From an uncultured Solirubrobacteraceae bacterium (lineage in GTDB: Bacteria > Actinomycetota > Thermoleophilia > Solirubrobacterales > Solirubrobacteraceae), in NCBI GenBank assembly GCA_963743745.1, contig CAVUQW010000001.1, positions 112,827-176,826 of the forward strand: 64,000 nucleotides of DNA, written 5' to 3'. The notes under the pieces are model-generated. The model did not search any database. It worked only from the letters and a program-made list of their open reading frames with translations, and had not been told where the DNA came from. Made by a program: the position numbers and the translations under genes. Below are positions 1 to 10,489 of this stretch, piece by piece. Numbering within the stretch: position 1 is the stretch's first letter; each line of letters opens with the position of its first letter.

Positions 1-99
1 CGTGAGCGCCTGCTGGCCGGTCCAGCGCCGCAGCGAGTCGAACATCTCGTGCTCGCTGAAGCGGACCGTCGGGTGCTGCATCCAGGCGTCGATCGTCAT
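1..99 (-). CDS. N-terminus of an amidohydrolase-family protein (partial, runs off the window)
   Basis: Manual translation MTIDAWMQHPTVRFSEHEMFDSLRRWTG resembles the Amidohydro_2 N-terminus; GGGGAGA RBS upstream. Confidence 0.6.
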   Translation of the reverse strand, partial: MTIDAWMQHPTVRFSEHEMFDSLRRWTGQQALT

Positions 100-199
100 G
101 GTGTCTCCCCTCGGCGGCGCAGGCTAGTGGATGGGGCCGATTCGGGGTAGCGGTTGGCTAGGCTGACGGCGCGGCGATTCGCTGCGGCGAGCCGCGAAC

Positions 200-1012
200 G
201 TGACAGCAACACGGGAGGCGATCAACGTGTCCAAGTCGCTATGGGAGCGCACCGTCGAGACGACGATCTCCGTCGGCGAACGGATCCTCGCGCCGATCGA
301 GCGCTTCATCGGCAAACGCTCGCTCGTCGGCGATGCGACGTTCCTCCCGCTCGAGCGCTTCCCGTGGGTCGAGTACATCGAGGAGAACTGGGAGGTGATC
401 CGCGAGGAGGCCGAGCGGCTGCTCGAGGACCGCGACGCACTGGCCAACTTCCAGGACATCTCGAAGGACCAGATCGAGATCACCGACGACGACCGCTGGA
501 AGACGTTCTTCCTCTACGGGTACGGCTTCGAGGCGAAGCTGGGCGTCGAGATGTGCCCGAAGACGGCCGCGCTGATGCGCGAGATCCCGGGCATGACGAC
601 GGCGATGTTCTCGATCCTCTCCCCGCGCAAGCACATCCTCGACCACCGCGGGCCCTACAAGGGCGTCTTGCGCTACCACCTCGGCTTGGTCGTGCCCGAG
701 GACGCTGAGTCCTGCCGTATCCGCGTCGGGGAGGACTTCCGCCACTGGGAAGCCGGCAAGAGCATGATCTTCGACGACACCTTCAACCACGAGGTGTGGA
801 ACGACACCGACGAGACGCGCGTGGTGCTGTTCGTCGACGTGCTGCGTCCGCTGCCTGAGCCCGAGGCGACGATCAACCGGTGGATCGTGAAGGCGATCGG
901 GTGGTCGCCGTTCGTGCTGGATGCGAAGCGGAATCAGGAGGCTTGGGAAGCGCGGTATCGCTCGCGCGCCCAGGATGCAGCGAAGCCATTGCACCGGCTG
1001 CGTAGTCCCTAG
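200..1012 (+). CDS. Aspartyl/asparaginyl beta-hydroxylase family (Fe/2OG dioxygenase, AspH/LpxO-like)
   Basis: W..FFLYGYG, CPKT, MFSIL.P..HI..HRGPYKGVLRYHLGL, FDDTF.HEVWN, RVVLFVD. Confidence 0.9.
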   Translation: MTATREAINVSKSLWERTVETTISVGERILAPIERFIGKRSLVGDATFLPLERFPWVEYIEENWEVIREEAERLLEDRDALANFQDISKDQIEITDDDRWKTFFLYGYGFEAKLGVEMCPKTAALMREIPGMTTAMFSILSPRKHILDHRGPYKGVLRYHLGLVVPEDAESCRIRVGEDFRHWEAGKSMIFDDTFNHEVWNDTDETRVVLFVDVLRPLPEPEATINRWIVKAIGWSPFVLDAKRNQEAWEARYRSRAQDAAKPLHRLRSP

Positions 1013-1782
1013 ACGCCCGAAACGTCCAACCCCGTCCCCTGCAACAGCTTGTTCGCTTCCGCATTGAGCACGGTAAACTCCCCCGTAACGATCAGCACCC
1101 CCAGCACGATCATCACGGCCCCGCCGATCCCGATGATCACGGGGAAGTGCCGCTTGACGACCGCCAGCGCCCCGGTCATCCGCTCGAACGCCACGGCGAT
1201 CAGCAGGAACGGGATCGCCAGCCCGAGCGAGTAGAACGCGAGCAGCAGGGCCCCGTGCGCGGCCGAGCTCGACACGGCGGCCTGCGTGAGGATCGCCCCG
1301 AGCGTGATGCTCGTGCACGGTGTCCAGGCGATCGCAAAGGCCGCGCCGGCCATCAGCGGTCCCCCCTTCCCCGCCAGCCGCAGCAAAGTCTCGGAGTGCC
1401 ACTCGCGGTTGAGCATGTTGATGAAAGGGCTCGCCAGGAAGACGACGCCGAGCGCGATGATCACGGCGCCGCCGACGTGGTTGAGCAGCTGTTTGTGTTC
1501 GTTCAGCGTCGAGCCGATCACCGTCGCCGAGAGGCCGAGCAGGATGAAGATCAGCGAGAAGCTCGCGATGAACAGCAGGCTCGGCACGAGCACGCGGCGC
1601 ATGCCCACGCCGGCCTTCAGGTCGTTCGGCGTAACGCCGATCACGGTCGAGAGGTAGCCCGGCACGAGCGGCAGCACGCACGGTGAGAGGAACGAGACGA
1701 AGCCCGCGGCGAGCGCCAGCGGAATGCCGACGCCCGTGGCCGTGTCGGCGCTAGAAGCGAGGATCAAAGCGGGGTGGATCAT
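1009..1782 (-). CDS. ccdA: Cytochrome c biogenesis protein CcdA / DsbD transmembrane domain
   Basis: SFLSPCVLPLVPGYL and WTPC motifs, about 6 TM helices; start chosen at MIHPAL. Confidence 0.9.
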   Translation of the reverse strand: MIHPALILASSADTATGVGIPLALAAGFVSFLSPCVLPLVPGYLSTVIGVTPNDLKAGVGMRRVLVPSLLFIASFSLIFILLGLSATVIGSTLNEHKQLLNHVGGAVIIALGVVFLASPFINMLNREWHSETLLRLAGKGGPLMAGAAFAIAWTPCTSITLGAILTQAAVSSSAAHGALLLAFYSLGLAIPFLLIAVAFERMTGALAVVKRHFPVIIGIGGAVMIVLGVLIVTGEFTVLNAEANKLLQGTGLDVSGV

Positions 1783-2515
1783 GGGCGGGGCCCGGCGACG
1801 GGCTGGGTGAAGGATTGCGCATCGCGAAGCGCAGCTCGGCCACTTCGCGTTCGAGGCGCTCGACGCGCTCGCGCAGCTCCTGCAGCTCCGCGCTTCCGGG
1901 CTTCGGGTTCTCCGCAGCGCTCGGCGGCGACGCCGGCGTGGCAGCGCCTCCATCCCCGTTCGTGCTCGCTCGCTCGGCTTCGACCGTCGACGCGGGGGCG
2001 CTACCGGCTACCTCGTCACCCTCCCCGCCCTGCAGCAACTGCTCGTAGCGCTCCTCCTTCTGCCCCGGGCGCCGGTCTAGCCGCCGCACCAGCTCGCGCC
2101 CGATCAGCCGCTCGAGCGTCTCCTGCACGCCGCTCAGCTCGGCGAAAGGATGCATCCGCTCGGTGCGCTGCTTGAGCTCCCCCGGCGTCTGCGCGCCACG
2201 CAGCAGCAGCACAGTCATCGCTGCGCGCTCGTCCTCCTCCAGCGGCAGCACTTCTTCGAGCAGGTGGCGGTACTTCGCCGCACGGCTGCCGCTGGCGAAG
2301 CGCACGAGCTTGCGGCGCTCGAGTCGGTGCAGCGCGTCGCGGATCGTCGCCTCGTCGTAGGCGACGACCGGGTCGCGGTTGGTCGACTGGTTGCACGCCA
2401 GGCGCAGCGCGTTCAGCGACAGCGGGTACTGCTCGGGGGTCGTGCGCTGCTTTTCCAGCAGGCAGCCGAGCACGCGCACCTCGCTCGCGGACAGACCAGA
2501 GACATCGACTTGCAT
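1751..2515 (-). CDS. YceH family (DUF480) protein
   Basis: EVRVLGCLLEKQRTTPEQYPLSLNAL..ACNQSTNRDPV and LLLRGAQTPGEL; TACGCT 6 nt before the ATG. Confidence 0.9.
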   Translation of the reverse strand: MQVDVSGLSASEVRVLGCLLEKQRTTPEQYPLSLNALRLACNQSTNRDPVVAYDEATIRDALHRLERRKLVRFASGSRAAKYRHLLEEVLPLEEDERAAMTVLLLRGAQTPGELKQRTERMHPFAELSGVQETLERLIGRELVRRLDRRPGQKEERYEQLLQGGEGDEVAGSAPASTVEAERASTNGDGGAATPASPPSAAENPKPGSAELQELRERVERLEREVAELRFAMRNPSPSPSPGPAHDPPRFDPRF

Positions 2516-2677
2516 GACCTGAGCGTAGTCGCGAGCCGGCCACTGTTGCGCTGCGCCGAGGCCGTCCGGTAGGTTTGCGGCGTCCGGGTGGCGTCTCCCC
2601 GCGGGAGAAAGCAATGCGCGGGAGCAATCAGGCGTCCTCGCGGATCGCTGCACTCCAAGCCAACGGAAGGGATTTCA

Positions 2678-3058
2678 ATGAGACTAAGGGGAGTTATGGC
2701 CGTGGCCACGGCCATGGCAATGACGATGGCGATCGGCGCTGTGCCGACGTTTGCTCACGACTGCTTCAACCCGACCAAGAACGAACACGCGCCGTCTGCC
2801 GGCGTGCATTACACGATCACCTCGTTCAACGAAGAAACGGGCGAACCGACGTTCGAAAAAACGGCGAATGGCAAAGGGATCGGCGGCTTCGTCGCGATCT
2901 CGCCCGAAGCGACCGGTGCGCCGGAAACGCTGTATGTGCATTCGATCGGCAACTCATCCAGCCACGAAACGGTCGGCGGCCCGGGCAGCGAAAAGCCCGA
3001 ACACGCGTGCGACGGCAAGGGGATCGACTACCTCGAGGCATGCGGCGCCGGCGGTTGA
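2678..3058 (+). CDS. Small secreted His/Cys-containing hypothetical protein
   Basis: GGAAGGG RBS, signal peptide ending PTFA, mature part HDCFNP...HACDGKGIDYLEAC, followed by a hairpin. Confidence 0.7.
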   Translation: MRLRGVMAVATAMAMTMAIGAVPTFAHDCFNPTKNEHAPSAGVHYTITSFNEETGEPTFEKTANGKGIGGFVAISPEATGAPETLYVHSIGNSSSHETVGGPGSEKPEHACDGKGIDYLEACGAGG

Positions 3059-3068
3059 TCTGATCTGG

Positions 3069-3101
3069 CGATCCCCGGCGGCCGCAGACCGCCGGGGATC
3101 G
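3069..3101 (+). terminator. Stem-loop (13 bp perfect stem), probable terminator
   Basis: CGATCCCCGGCGG-N7-CCGCCGGGGATCG just after the stop codon; no U-tract. Confidence 0.6.
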
Positions 3102-3111
3102 AGCCGCGGCG

Positions 3112-3654
3112 ATGACACCTGACTCCGCGCATGACTTCTTCATCGCCTCCGCCAGCGTCGCGGGCGCGCTGATCGGCCTGCTGTTCGTCGCGATCTCGGT
3201 CGCGCCCGAGCGCGTGCTCGGCCCGGAGGCCTCCGAGGTGCACGGGGTGAGGGCAGCGGCGACGCTGACGGCCTTCAGCAACGCGCTGACCGTCTCGCTG
3301 TTCGCCCTGATCCCGGGCTTCCACGTGGGCGGCGCCGCCACGGCGGTCGCGATCCTCGGCATCCTGTTCATCGCCCGCGCCCTGCTCAGCGTCGCGCCCG
3401 CCTGGCGCGCCGGGCGCTTCCAGCTGCGAGACCTGAGCTTCTTGATCGGCCAGTTCGTCGTCTTCGTCGTGCAGTTGATCGCCGCGATCAAACTCGACCG
3501 GCACGAGTCGAGCAGCGGCGATCTGCAAACGGTCTGCGTCGTCGTCGTCGTTTGCTTCCTGATCGGCATCGAGCGCGCCTGGGAGCTCGTCGGCGGTCCG
3601 CACTTCAGCTTCGGACGGGCCCTGCAAGGGCGACGGGACGGACGCGACGAGTAG
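3112..3654 (+). CDS. Hypothetical membrane protein
   Basis: About 5 TM segments; DFF.ASA..AGALIGLLFVAISV start and AWELV end. Confidence 0.75.
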   Translation: MTPDSAHDFFIASASVAGALIGLLFVAISVAPERVLGPEASEVHGVRAAATLTAFSNALTVSLFALIPGFHVGGAATAVAILGILFIARALLSVAPAWRAGRFQLRDLSFLIGQFVVFVVQLIAAIKLDRHESSSGDLQTVCVVVVVCFLIGIERAWELVGGPHFSFGRALQGRRDGRDE

Positions 3655-3713
3655 GGCCGCCGCGCATAAGCTCGCGCGAGCGGCGTCTCCCAAGCCAACG
3701 CTACCCTCGATCA

Positions 3714-5553
3714 ATGAGCAGCCAGCCCTTCTCTCAGGGCCGCGCGGGTGAAGGACGCCACCCAACGCGGCCGGAGCTCCGGCCCGAGGACATCCCCTCG
3801 ACACCGGTCTCACTCCGCCGTGTAGCTCGCCTGTTCCGGCCCTACCGGCCGCGCCTGAGCCTGCTGCTCGGGCTGATCTTCGTCTCGGCCGCGCTCGGCG
3901 TGATCAGCCCGTTCCTGCTGCGGGAATTCATCAACAAGGCCTACCCGCAGCACGACACGACGCTGGTGATCGAGCTCGTCTCGGGGATGATCGCGCTGTC
4001 GATCCTCACGAGCGTGATCGGCGTCGCGCAGACGTGGATCTCCAACCAGGTCGGCCAGCGCGTGATGCACGACCTGCGCGCGGCCGTCTACGCGCACCTG
4101 CAGCGCATGTCGCTCGCCTTCTTCACGCACACGCGCACGGGCGAGGTGCAGTCGCGCATCGCCAACGACATCGGCGGCGTCGACAGCGTCGTCACCTCGA
4201 CGGCGACCTCGATCGTCCAGAACGTCACGACGGTGTTGGCGACGGTCGTCGCGATGGTGCTGCTCGACTGGCGCCTGGCCGCCTTCTCGCTCGTGCTGCT
4301 GCCGTTCTTCGTCTGGCTGACCCGCCGCGTCGGCGAGGAGCGTCGGCGCATCCAGTCGGTCAGGCAGAGCCGCCTGGCCGACATGTCGACGCTCGTCGAG
4401 GAGTCGCTCTCGGTCTCGGGGATCCTGCTCGGCAAGACGATGGGCCGATCGCCCGAGCTCGTGCGCCGCTTCGGCGGCGAGTCGGGCGAGCTCGCAGAGC
4501 TCGAGGTGCGCGCGCGGATGGCCGGGCGCTGGCGGATGGCCTCGGTGCAGATGAGCTTCGCGATCATGCCCGCGCTCGTGTACCTGTTCGCCGGCGTCGA
4601 CCACGGCTCCGGCGGCAACGCGATCTCGATCGGCACGGTGGTCGCCTTCACGACGCTGCAGACGCGCCTGCTGTTCCCGATCCAGTCGCTGCTGAACGTC
4701 GGCCTGGAAGTGCAGACGTCGCTGGCGCTGTTCGGGCGGATCTTCGAGTACCTCGACCTGCCGGTCGACATCGTCGAGCGCTCAGACGCACGGGCGCTCA
4801 GCGACGTGCGCGGCGATGTGCGCTTGGCGGACGTCTGGTTTCGCTACGCGACCGACTCGCCGTGGACCTTGTCGGCGATCTCCGCCGAGATCCCGGCCGG
4901 CAGCACGACGGCGCTGGTCGGCGAGACGGGCTCGGGCAAGACGACGCTCGCCTATCTCGTCGCGCGCCTGTACGAGCCCGAGCGCGGGGCCGTGAGCATC
5001 GACGGTGTCGACATCCGCGACATGACGCTCGCCTCGCTGGCGGCGACGGTCGGGCTCGTCTCCCAGGAGACCTACCTGTTCCACGCCTCGATTCGCGAGA
5101 ACCTGCGCTTCGCCTGTCCGGAGGCCACCGACGAGCAGATCGAAGACGCGGCGCGCGCGGCGCAGATCCACGAGCTGATCGCCTCGCTGCCCGACGGCTA
5201 CGACACTCCGGTGGGCGAGCGCGGCTACCGCTTCTCGGGCGGGGAGAAGCAGCGCATGGCGATCGCGCGCACGGTGCTGCGCAACCCGCCGGTGCTGATC
5301 CTCGACGAGGCCACTTCGGCGCTCGACAACGAGACCGAGCGCGCCGTGCAGCACGCGCTAGACGAGCTGGCGCGTGGGCGCACGACGATCGCGATCGCCC
5401 ACCGCCTCTCGACGATTCGCGAGCGCCGACCAGATCCTCGTGCTCGACGCCGGTCAGATCGTCGAGCGCGGCACGCACGAGGAGCTCGTCGAGCTCGGCG
5501 GGCGCTATGCGGAGCTGCTGCGCGGCGTCGACGTCGCCGTGGCTACGCCGTAG
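3714..5553 (+). CDS. ABC exporter, fused permease/ATPase (indel near 5422)
   Basis: TM domain, Walker [31 protein letters not shown]; the [14 protein letters not shown] tail continues in a shifted frame to TAG 5553. Confidence 0.9.
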
Positions 5554-6307
5554 CGTCGATGTTCAGGCGCACGTAGTCGACGACGACCGGCTCGCCCAAC
5601 TCGGCGAGCACGTCGTCGATGAACGGCTCGCGCAGGTCTTCGGGCAGGTGCTGGTAGTGCGGCCCGAGCACGATCGTCGAGAGGAACTCGCGCGGCTGAT
5701 CGGGCTCCTTCGGCGCCGGCGCCAGCCAGCACTCGGCCTCGGTGAAGCCGGCGTCGAGCAGGCGCTGGCGCGTCTGCTCGGGACCGGCGTAGTTCCACGG
5801 CTGGCGGAAGTCGCCGAAGTGCGCCGCGTAGGGTTCACGCGCGAGCACTTCGTTCGCATGCCCGCGCAGCACGTCGATGTTGCCACGACCGCCGCACTGG
5901 GCGACGAGCCGGCCACCCGCGCGCAGCACGCCGCGCAGCCTCGTGAACAGGAGATCGTGATCGAGGATCCAGTGGAACGTGGCCGTCGAGAGGATCGCGT
6001 CGAGCGGCTCGCTCAGGCCGAGCGAGGCGAGGTCGAGCTCGAGCAGGTCGACCTGGCGCACATCGGCACCCGGCAGCCGCTCGCGCGCGGCGGCCACCAT
6101 CGACGCGGAGGCATCGGCCGCGACGACATGTCCCTCGGGCAGCCGCTCGATCAGCGCCTGCGTGATCCGCCCCGAGCCACAGCCCGCGTCGAGCACGGTC
6201 TCGTCGCCGGCCAGCTGCAGCCGAGACAGCACGGCCAGGCCCAGCGCCTCCATCGGACCGGAGATCCGGTCGTAGCTGCTGCCATCCCATGTGCGCGTCT
6301 CTGGCAT
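5543..6307 (-). CDS. Class I SAM methyltransferase (trans-aconitate methyltransferase-like)
   Basis: [16 protein letters not shown]-terminal DYVRLNI. Confidence 0.85.
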   Translation of the reverse strand: MPETRTWDGSSYDRISGPMEALGLAVLSRLQLAGDETVLDAGCGSGRITQALIERLPEGHVVAADASASMVAAARERLPGADVRQVDLLELDLASLGLSEPLDAILSTATFHWILDHDLLFTRLRGVLRAGGRLVAQCGGRGNIDVLRGHANEVLAREPYAAHFGDFRQPWNYAGPEQTRQRLLDAGFTEAECWLAPAPKEPDQPREFLSTIVLGPHYQHLPEDLREPFIDDVLAELGEPVVVDYVRLNIDATA

Positions 6308-6338
6308 ACGCTTGTACGTTATCACGTATATAAATAAA

Positions 6339-7181
6339 CTAGGACGAAGACAGCGAGGCGAGTTCGGCGATCACGCGAGAGAGCTGTCCGCCCTGCCAGG
6401 CGATCGGCGAGCGCGCCGGCTCTGCGGCGTCCTCAACGACCAGCCGCGCGCCGGGAATCGCCGCGGCGTACCGCTCGGCCACGGCCAGCGGGTGCCCTGG
6501 ATCGGCCTCGTCGCGACTGCCGACGACGACGGTCGGCATACGCAGGGCCCCCAGCTGCTCGATCCGCTCGAACGGATGCGAGCGCGGCACCGCTTCCAGC
6601 GCATCGGCGACCGCGAGCGGGTGCTCGTGCGCGGACAGGCGCTGACGCAGCACGGTCTCGACTGTCGCGCGCCAGGACTCGGGCACCTCGGGCAAGTCGT
6701 AGGCCGCGACGAAGCCGTCGACGCCGCCCTCGCGCAGCCCGCGCGCGAGCGCGTCCCAGCGGGCGAGCTCGCTCTGCTCGCGCGGATCGCCGGGATCGAA
6801 TGACGGCGTGATCAGCACGAGCCCGGCGACGCGCTCGGGCGCCGACAGCGCGAGCGCCAGCGCCGTATGCGCACCCATCGAGGCGCCGGCCAGCACGGCT
6901 CGCTGGAGGCCGAGCTCGTCGAGCACGGCAACCAGGTCGGCCGCAAGCAGCTCGTAGCCGTAGGCGCTCGGCTCGGGCGCCGGCGAGGAGCGCCCGTGCC
7001 CGCGCGCGTCGTAGGAGACGACGAGATGACCCGAGCGCTGCAGCGAGCGCGAGCCCATCACGACGTAGCGGCGGGTCGCGGTCAGCCCGTGCAGCAGCAC
7101 GATCGGCGTGCCCTCGCCGGCACGCTCGCCCGACAGCGTCACGCCGTGCGCATCGATGCTCAGGGTCTCGGACTCCAACAC
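6339..7181 (-). CDS. Alpha/beta hydrolase
   Basis: LLHG, YDARGHGRS, GASMG nucleophile elbow. Confidence 0.85.
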   Translation of the reverse strand: MLESETLSIDAHGVTLSGERAGEGTPIVLLHGLTATRRYVVMGSRSLQRSGHLVVSYDARGHGRSSPAPEPSAYGYELLAADLVAVLDELGLQRAVLAGASMGAHTALALALSAPERVAGLVLITPSFDPGDPREQSELARWDALARGLREGGVDGFVAAYDLPEVPESWRATVETVLRQRLSAHEHPLAVADALEAVPRSHPFERIEQLGALRMPTVVVGSRDEADPGHPLAVAERYAAAIPGARLVVEDAAEPARSPIAWQGGQLSRVIAELASLSSS

Positions 7182-7244
7182 CGCTAGAGGTCTAGCAGCG
7201 GGCGCAGCCGTCGTGGCGGCCGGCCGTGCGCGCGGCGCGCGCGA

Positions 7245-8057
7245 CTACGCGGTCACGGCGGCGTGCGCGCGCACGAGCTCTGCCGAGCGCTCGGGGCGCT
7301 CCCAGAAGAACAGGTGCCCGACGCCGTCGAAGATCTCGAGCTGCGCGCCGGGGATGCGCGAGGCGATCAGCCTGCCGTTCTGCACCGGCAGCAGCTCGTC
7401 CGCCGTGCCGTGGATCACGAGCGTCGGCAGCCCGCCCAGCTCGGGCAGGCGCTCGTAGGTGTCGTGCGCCGTGCAGGCCTGCAGCTGCTGCATGATCACC
7501 GCCACGGCCACCGCCCGGCGGTTGCCGATCTCGCGGAACGTCGCGTAGGCCTCGTCGTCGGCTGCCATCGCCGGCGAGACGTTGATCTCCCAGCCCGCGC
7601 GCAGGGCCAGCTCGCGATCGCCCGAGGCCATCGCCTTGCCCAGCTTCAGCATCACCGCTTCGTCTGCGAGCGCGCTGCCGGGGCCGCCGCAGTAGGTGCA
7701 GCCGAGCGTCAGCGTGCGGATCCGCTCGCGGTGGTTCAGCGCGAGCTCCTGCGCGATCATGCCACCCATCGAGATGCCCAGCACGTGCGCCGAGTCGAGC
7801 TCCAGCGCGGCGAGCAGGCCCGCCGCGTCGTCGGCCATCTGGCGGATCGTGACCGGCCCGGCGAGCGGCGTGCTCGCGCCGACGCCGCGGTGGTCGTAGG
7901 CGATCACGTCGAAGTCGGCGCGCAGCAGCTCGAGGAACGGTTCGCCCCAGTGCAGCGCCGTGCCGCTCATGCCCATGATCAAGAGCAGCGGCGGCCCGGA
8001 CGCGTTGCCGCTGCGTTCGTAGTCGAGCTCGATCTCGCCGACGGAGACGACGGTCAT
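7245..8057 (-). CDS. Alpha/beta hydrolase
   Basis: YDHRGVGAS, GISMGG, HGTAD, GVGH. Confidence 0.9.
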   Translation of the reverse strand: MTVVSVGEIELDYERSGNASGPPLLLIMGMSGTALHWGEPFLELLRADFDVIAYDHRGVGASTPLAGPVTIRQMADDAAGLLAALELDSAHVLGISMGGMIAQELALNHRERIRTLTLGCTYCGGPGSALADEAVMLKLGKAMASGDRELALRAGWEINVSPAMAADDEAYATFREIGNRRAVAVAVIMQQLQACTAHDTYERLPELGGLPTLVIHGTADELLPVQNGRLIASRIPGAQLEIFDGVGHLFFWERPERSAELVRAHAAVTA

Positions 8058-8066
8058 GCCTGGATC

Positions 8067-9209
8067 CTAGACGGGGAGCGCCATCTGCGTGATCGTCTCG
8101 CCCCCGCCGCCCGGCCTGGCGAGGCCCTGAGCGGTCTCCCCCGCGCTCGTCCCTGCGCCGCCACCCTCCGCGTCCTCGCCGTCGGTCAGCCCGGCCACGC
8201 GCACGCCGAGCAGCCGCACGGGGCGCTGCGGCGCGTTCTCCCGCAGCAGCTTCAGCGCGACGGCCGCAACCGTCTCGTACTCGCACGTCGGCTGCTTGAT
8301 CGAGCGGGCGCGCGTGATCGTCGTCCAGTCGTCCAGGCGCACCTTGATCCCGATCGTGCGCCCGCGCCGCCCGTGCTTGGTCAGGCTGTCGCAGAGCGAG
8401 CGCGTCATCGCCGCGAGCGACTCGCTCAGTTGCGCGAAGTCGCTGATGTCGTAGTCGAACGTGCGCTCACGCGACTCCGAGACGACCTTGCGCGCCGCGC
8501 CGACCTCGCCGTCGCTTTCGAAGCACGCGCGGCGCTGCAGCTGGCGCCCGAGGTTCGGGCCGAAGCGCGCCGTGAGCTGCTTCTGCGGCGCCGCAGCGAC
8601 GGCCGCCAGCGTGTGCAGGCCGAGCTCGGCCAGCCGCGCCGCCGTCTTCGGCCCGATCCCCGGGATCAGCCCCGGCGGGGACTGGGCGAAGCGCTCGCAC
8701 GCCTGCTCGCGCGTGAGCACGACGAAGCCCGCCGGCTTCTCCGCGTCCGAGGCGACCTTCGCGACGAGCTTGTTCGGGCCGATCCCGACCGAGCACGTCA
8801 GCTGCGTGGCGCGCTTGATCTCGGCGATCAGCCGGCGCATCGCCGCGTTCGGCGAGTGCAGCCCGGTCAGGTCGAGGTAGGCCTCGTCGAGTCCCACGAC
8901 CTCGACCCGCTCGACGTGCGCGCGCACGAGGTCCATCATCTTGCGCGAGACCGCGCGGTAGGTCGGGAAGTCGGGCGGCAGGAACACGGCCTGCGGGCAC
9001 AGCCGGCGCGCCCGCGAGGCCGGGATCGCCGAGCCGACGCCGTACTTGCGCGCCTCGTAGCTCGCCGTCGTCACGACCGCGCGCGGCCCTGTGCCCGAGA
9101 CGACGACCGGCAGGCCGCGCAGCTCCGGGCGGCGGGTCAGCTCGATCGAGACGTAGAAGGCGTCTGCGTCGAGGTGCGCGATGCGCTGGCTCGAGTCCTC
9201 GGCGGTCAT
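8067..9209 (-). CDS. dinB: DNA polymerase IV (Y-family)
   Basis: HLDADAFY, SYEARKYGV, LDEAYLD, GPNKLVAKVASD..KP.G, VRLLGV. Confidence 0.93.
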   Translation of the reverse strand: MTAEDSSQRIAHLDADAFYVSIELTRRPELRGLPVVVSGTGPRAVVTTASYEARKYGVGSAIPASRARRLCPQAVFLPPDFPTYRAVSRKMMDLVRAHVERVEVVGLDEAYLDLTGLHSPNAAMRRLIAEIKRATQLTCSVGIGPNKLVAKVASDAEKPAGFVVLTREQACERFAQSPPGLIPGIGPKTAARLAELGLHTLAAVAAAPQKQLTARFGPNLGRQLQRRACFESDGEVGAARKVVSESRERTFDYDISDFAQLSESLAAMTRSLCDSLTKHGRRGRTIGIKVRLDDWTTITRARSIKQPTCEYETVAAVALKLLRENAPQRPVRLLGVRVAGLTDGEDAEGGGAGTSAGETAQGLARPGGGGETITQMALPV

Positions 9210-9337
9210 CAACTGATCAAAAATACTCCTGCCCACGGCGTGCCAGATCCACCACGTCTCCGCGGATCAAGCGGTGAGACACAGCGGATGGCGTGTCGCA
9301 GTTCCGTCGAGTGCGCTCCTTGGATACGCTTGCGGCG

Positions 9338-10489
9338 ATGGACCTGACCTTCAACGAGAAGGAGATCGCGTTCCGCGACGAGCTGCGCGAGTGGCTCGCG
9401 GGCAACCAGCCCGACGCCGCCCCGACCGACGGCGACGAGGACGCGCACTACGCCTGGCGCCGCGACTGGCAGCGCCAGCTGTACGACGCCGGCTGGGCCG
9501 CGCCCGCCTGGCCGACCGAGTACGGCGGCCGCGACGCGACGCTGACCGAGTCGGCGATCTACTTCGAGGAGCTCGGCCGCGCCCGCGCGCCGCTGCCGGC
9601 CAACGTGCTCGGCCTGCTGCTCGGCGGCCCGACGCTGATGGTGTGGGGCACCGACGAGCAGAAGGAGCGCTACCTGCCGCCGATCCTGTCGGCCGAGGAG
9701 ATCTGGTGCCAGGGCTTCTCCGAGCCCGACGCCGGCTCGGACCTCGCCGCGCTGAAGACGCGCGCGGTCAAGGACGGCGACGAGTGGGTCGTCACCGGCC
9801 AGAAGGTGTGGACGAGCGGCGCGCAGTACTCCAAGTGGTGCATGCTCGTCGCGCGCACCGACCCCGACGTGCCCAAGCACAAGGGCCTGACCTACTTCCT
9901 GATGGACATGGAGCAGGACGCCGTCCAGGTCCGCCCGCTGCGCCAGATCACCGGCGAGGCCGAGTTCAACGAGCTGTTCATCGAGGAGGCGCGGATCCCC
10001 GACGAGAACGTCGTCGGCGGCGTCGGCAACGGCTGGAAGGTCGCGCTGACGACGCTGATGAACGAGCGCGCCGGCCTCGGCTTCGCGCTGCAGATCCGCC
10101 TGCGCCAGCTGCTCGACGACCTGATCGCGATCGCCGCCGAGCGCGGCCTGCTCGAGGACCCGCTGTACGCCGACGCGCTCGCCGAGCTGCACGTGCGCTG
10201 CGAGTCGATCCGCCTGCTCGCCTGGAAGGGCCTGACCGACATCGAGCGCTACGGCCAGCCCGGCCCCGAGGGCTCGCTGGTCAAGTGGCTGTGGTCGGAC
10301 ACCAACCAGCGCCTGACCCAGCTCGCGGTCGACATCGTCGGCCCCGACGCGCTGACGATCGGCACCAGCTGGAGCTACGAGCTGCTGCGCGCGCGCGGCA
10401 ACACGATCGAGGGCGGCACGACCGAGATCCTCAAGAACATCGTCGCCGAGCGCGTGCTCGGCCTGCCCCGCCTGAAGGTCGCCGCCTGA
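9338..10489 (+). CDS. Acyl-CoA dehydrogenase (large partner of an adjacent FadE pair)
   Basis: WCQGFSEPDAGSDLA, GQKVWTS, EFNELF, TIEGGTTEILKN. Confidence 0.92.
   Translation: MDLTFNEKEIAFRDELREWLAGNQPDAAPTDGDEDAHYAWRRDWQRQLYDAGWAAPAWPTEYGGRDATLTESAIYFEELGRARAPLPANVLGLLLGGPTLMVWGTDEQKERYLPPILSAEEIWCQGFSEPDAGSDLAALKTRAVKDGDEWVVTGQKVWTSGAQYSKWCMLVARTDPDVPKHKGLTYFLMDMEQDAVQVRPLRQITGEAEFNELFIEEARIPDENVVGGVGNGWKVALTTLMNERAGLGFALQIRLRQLLDDLIAIAAERGLLEDPLYADALAELHVRCESIRLLAWKGLTDIERYGQPGPEGSLVKWLWSDTNQRLTQLAVDIVGPDALTIGTSWSYELLRARGNTIEGGTTEILKNIVAERVLGLPRLKVAA

Noticed and set aside
9210-9337. SOS box upstream of dinB
   Set aside because: No GAAC-N4-GTTC was found in the spacer.
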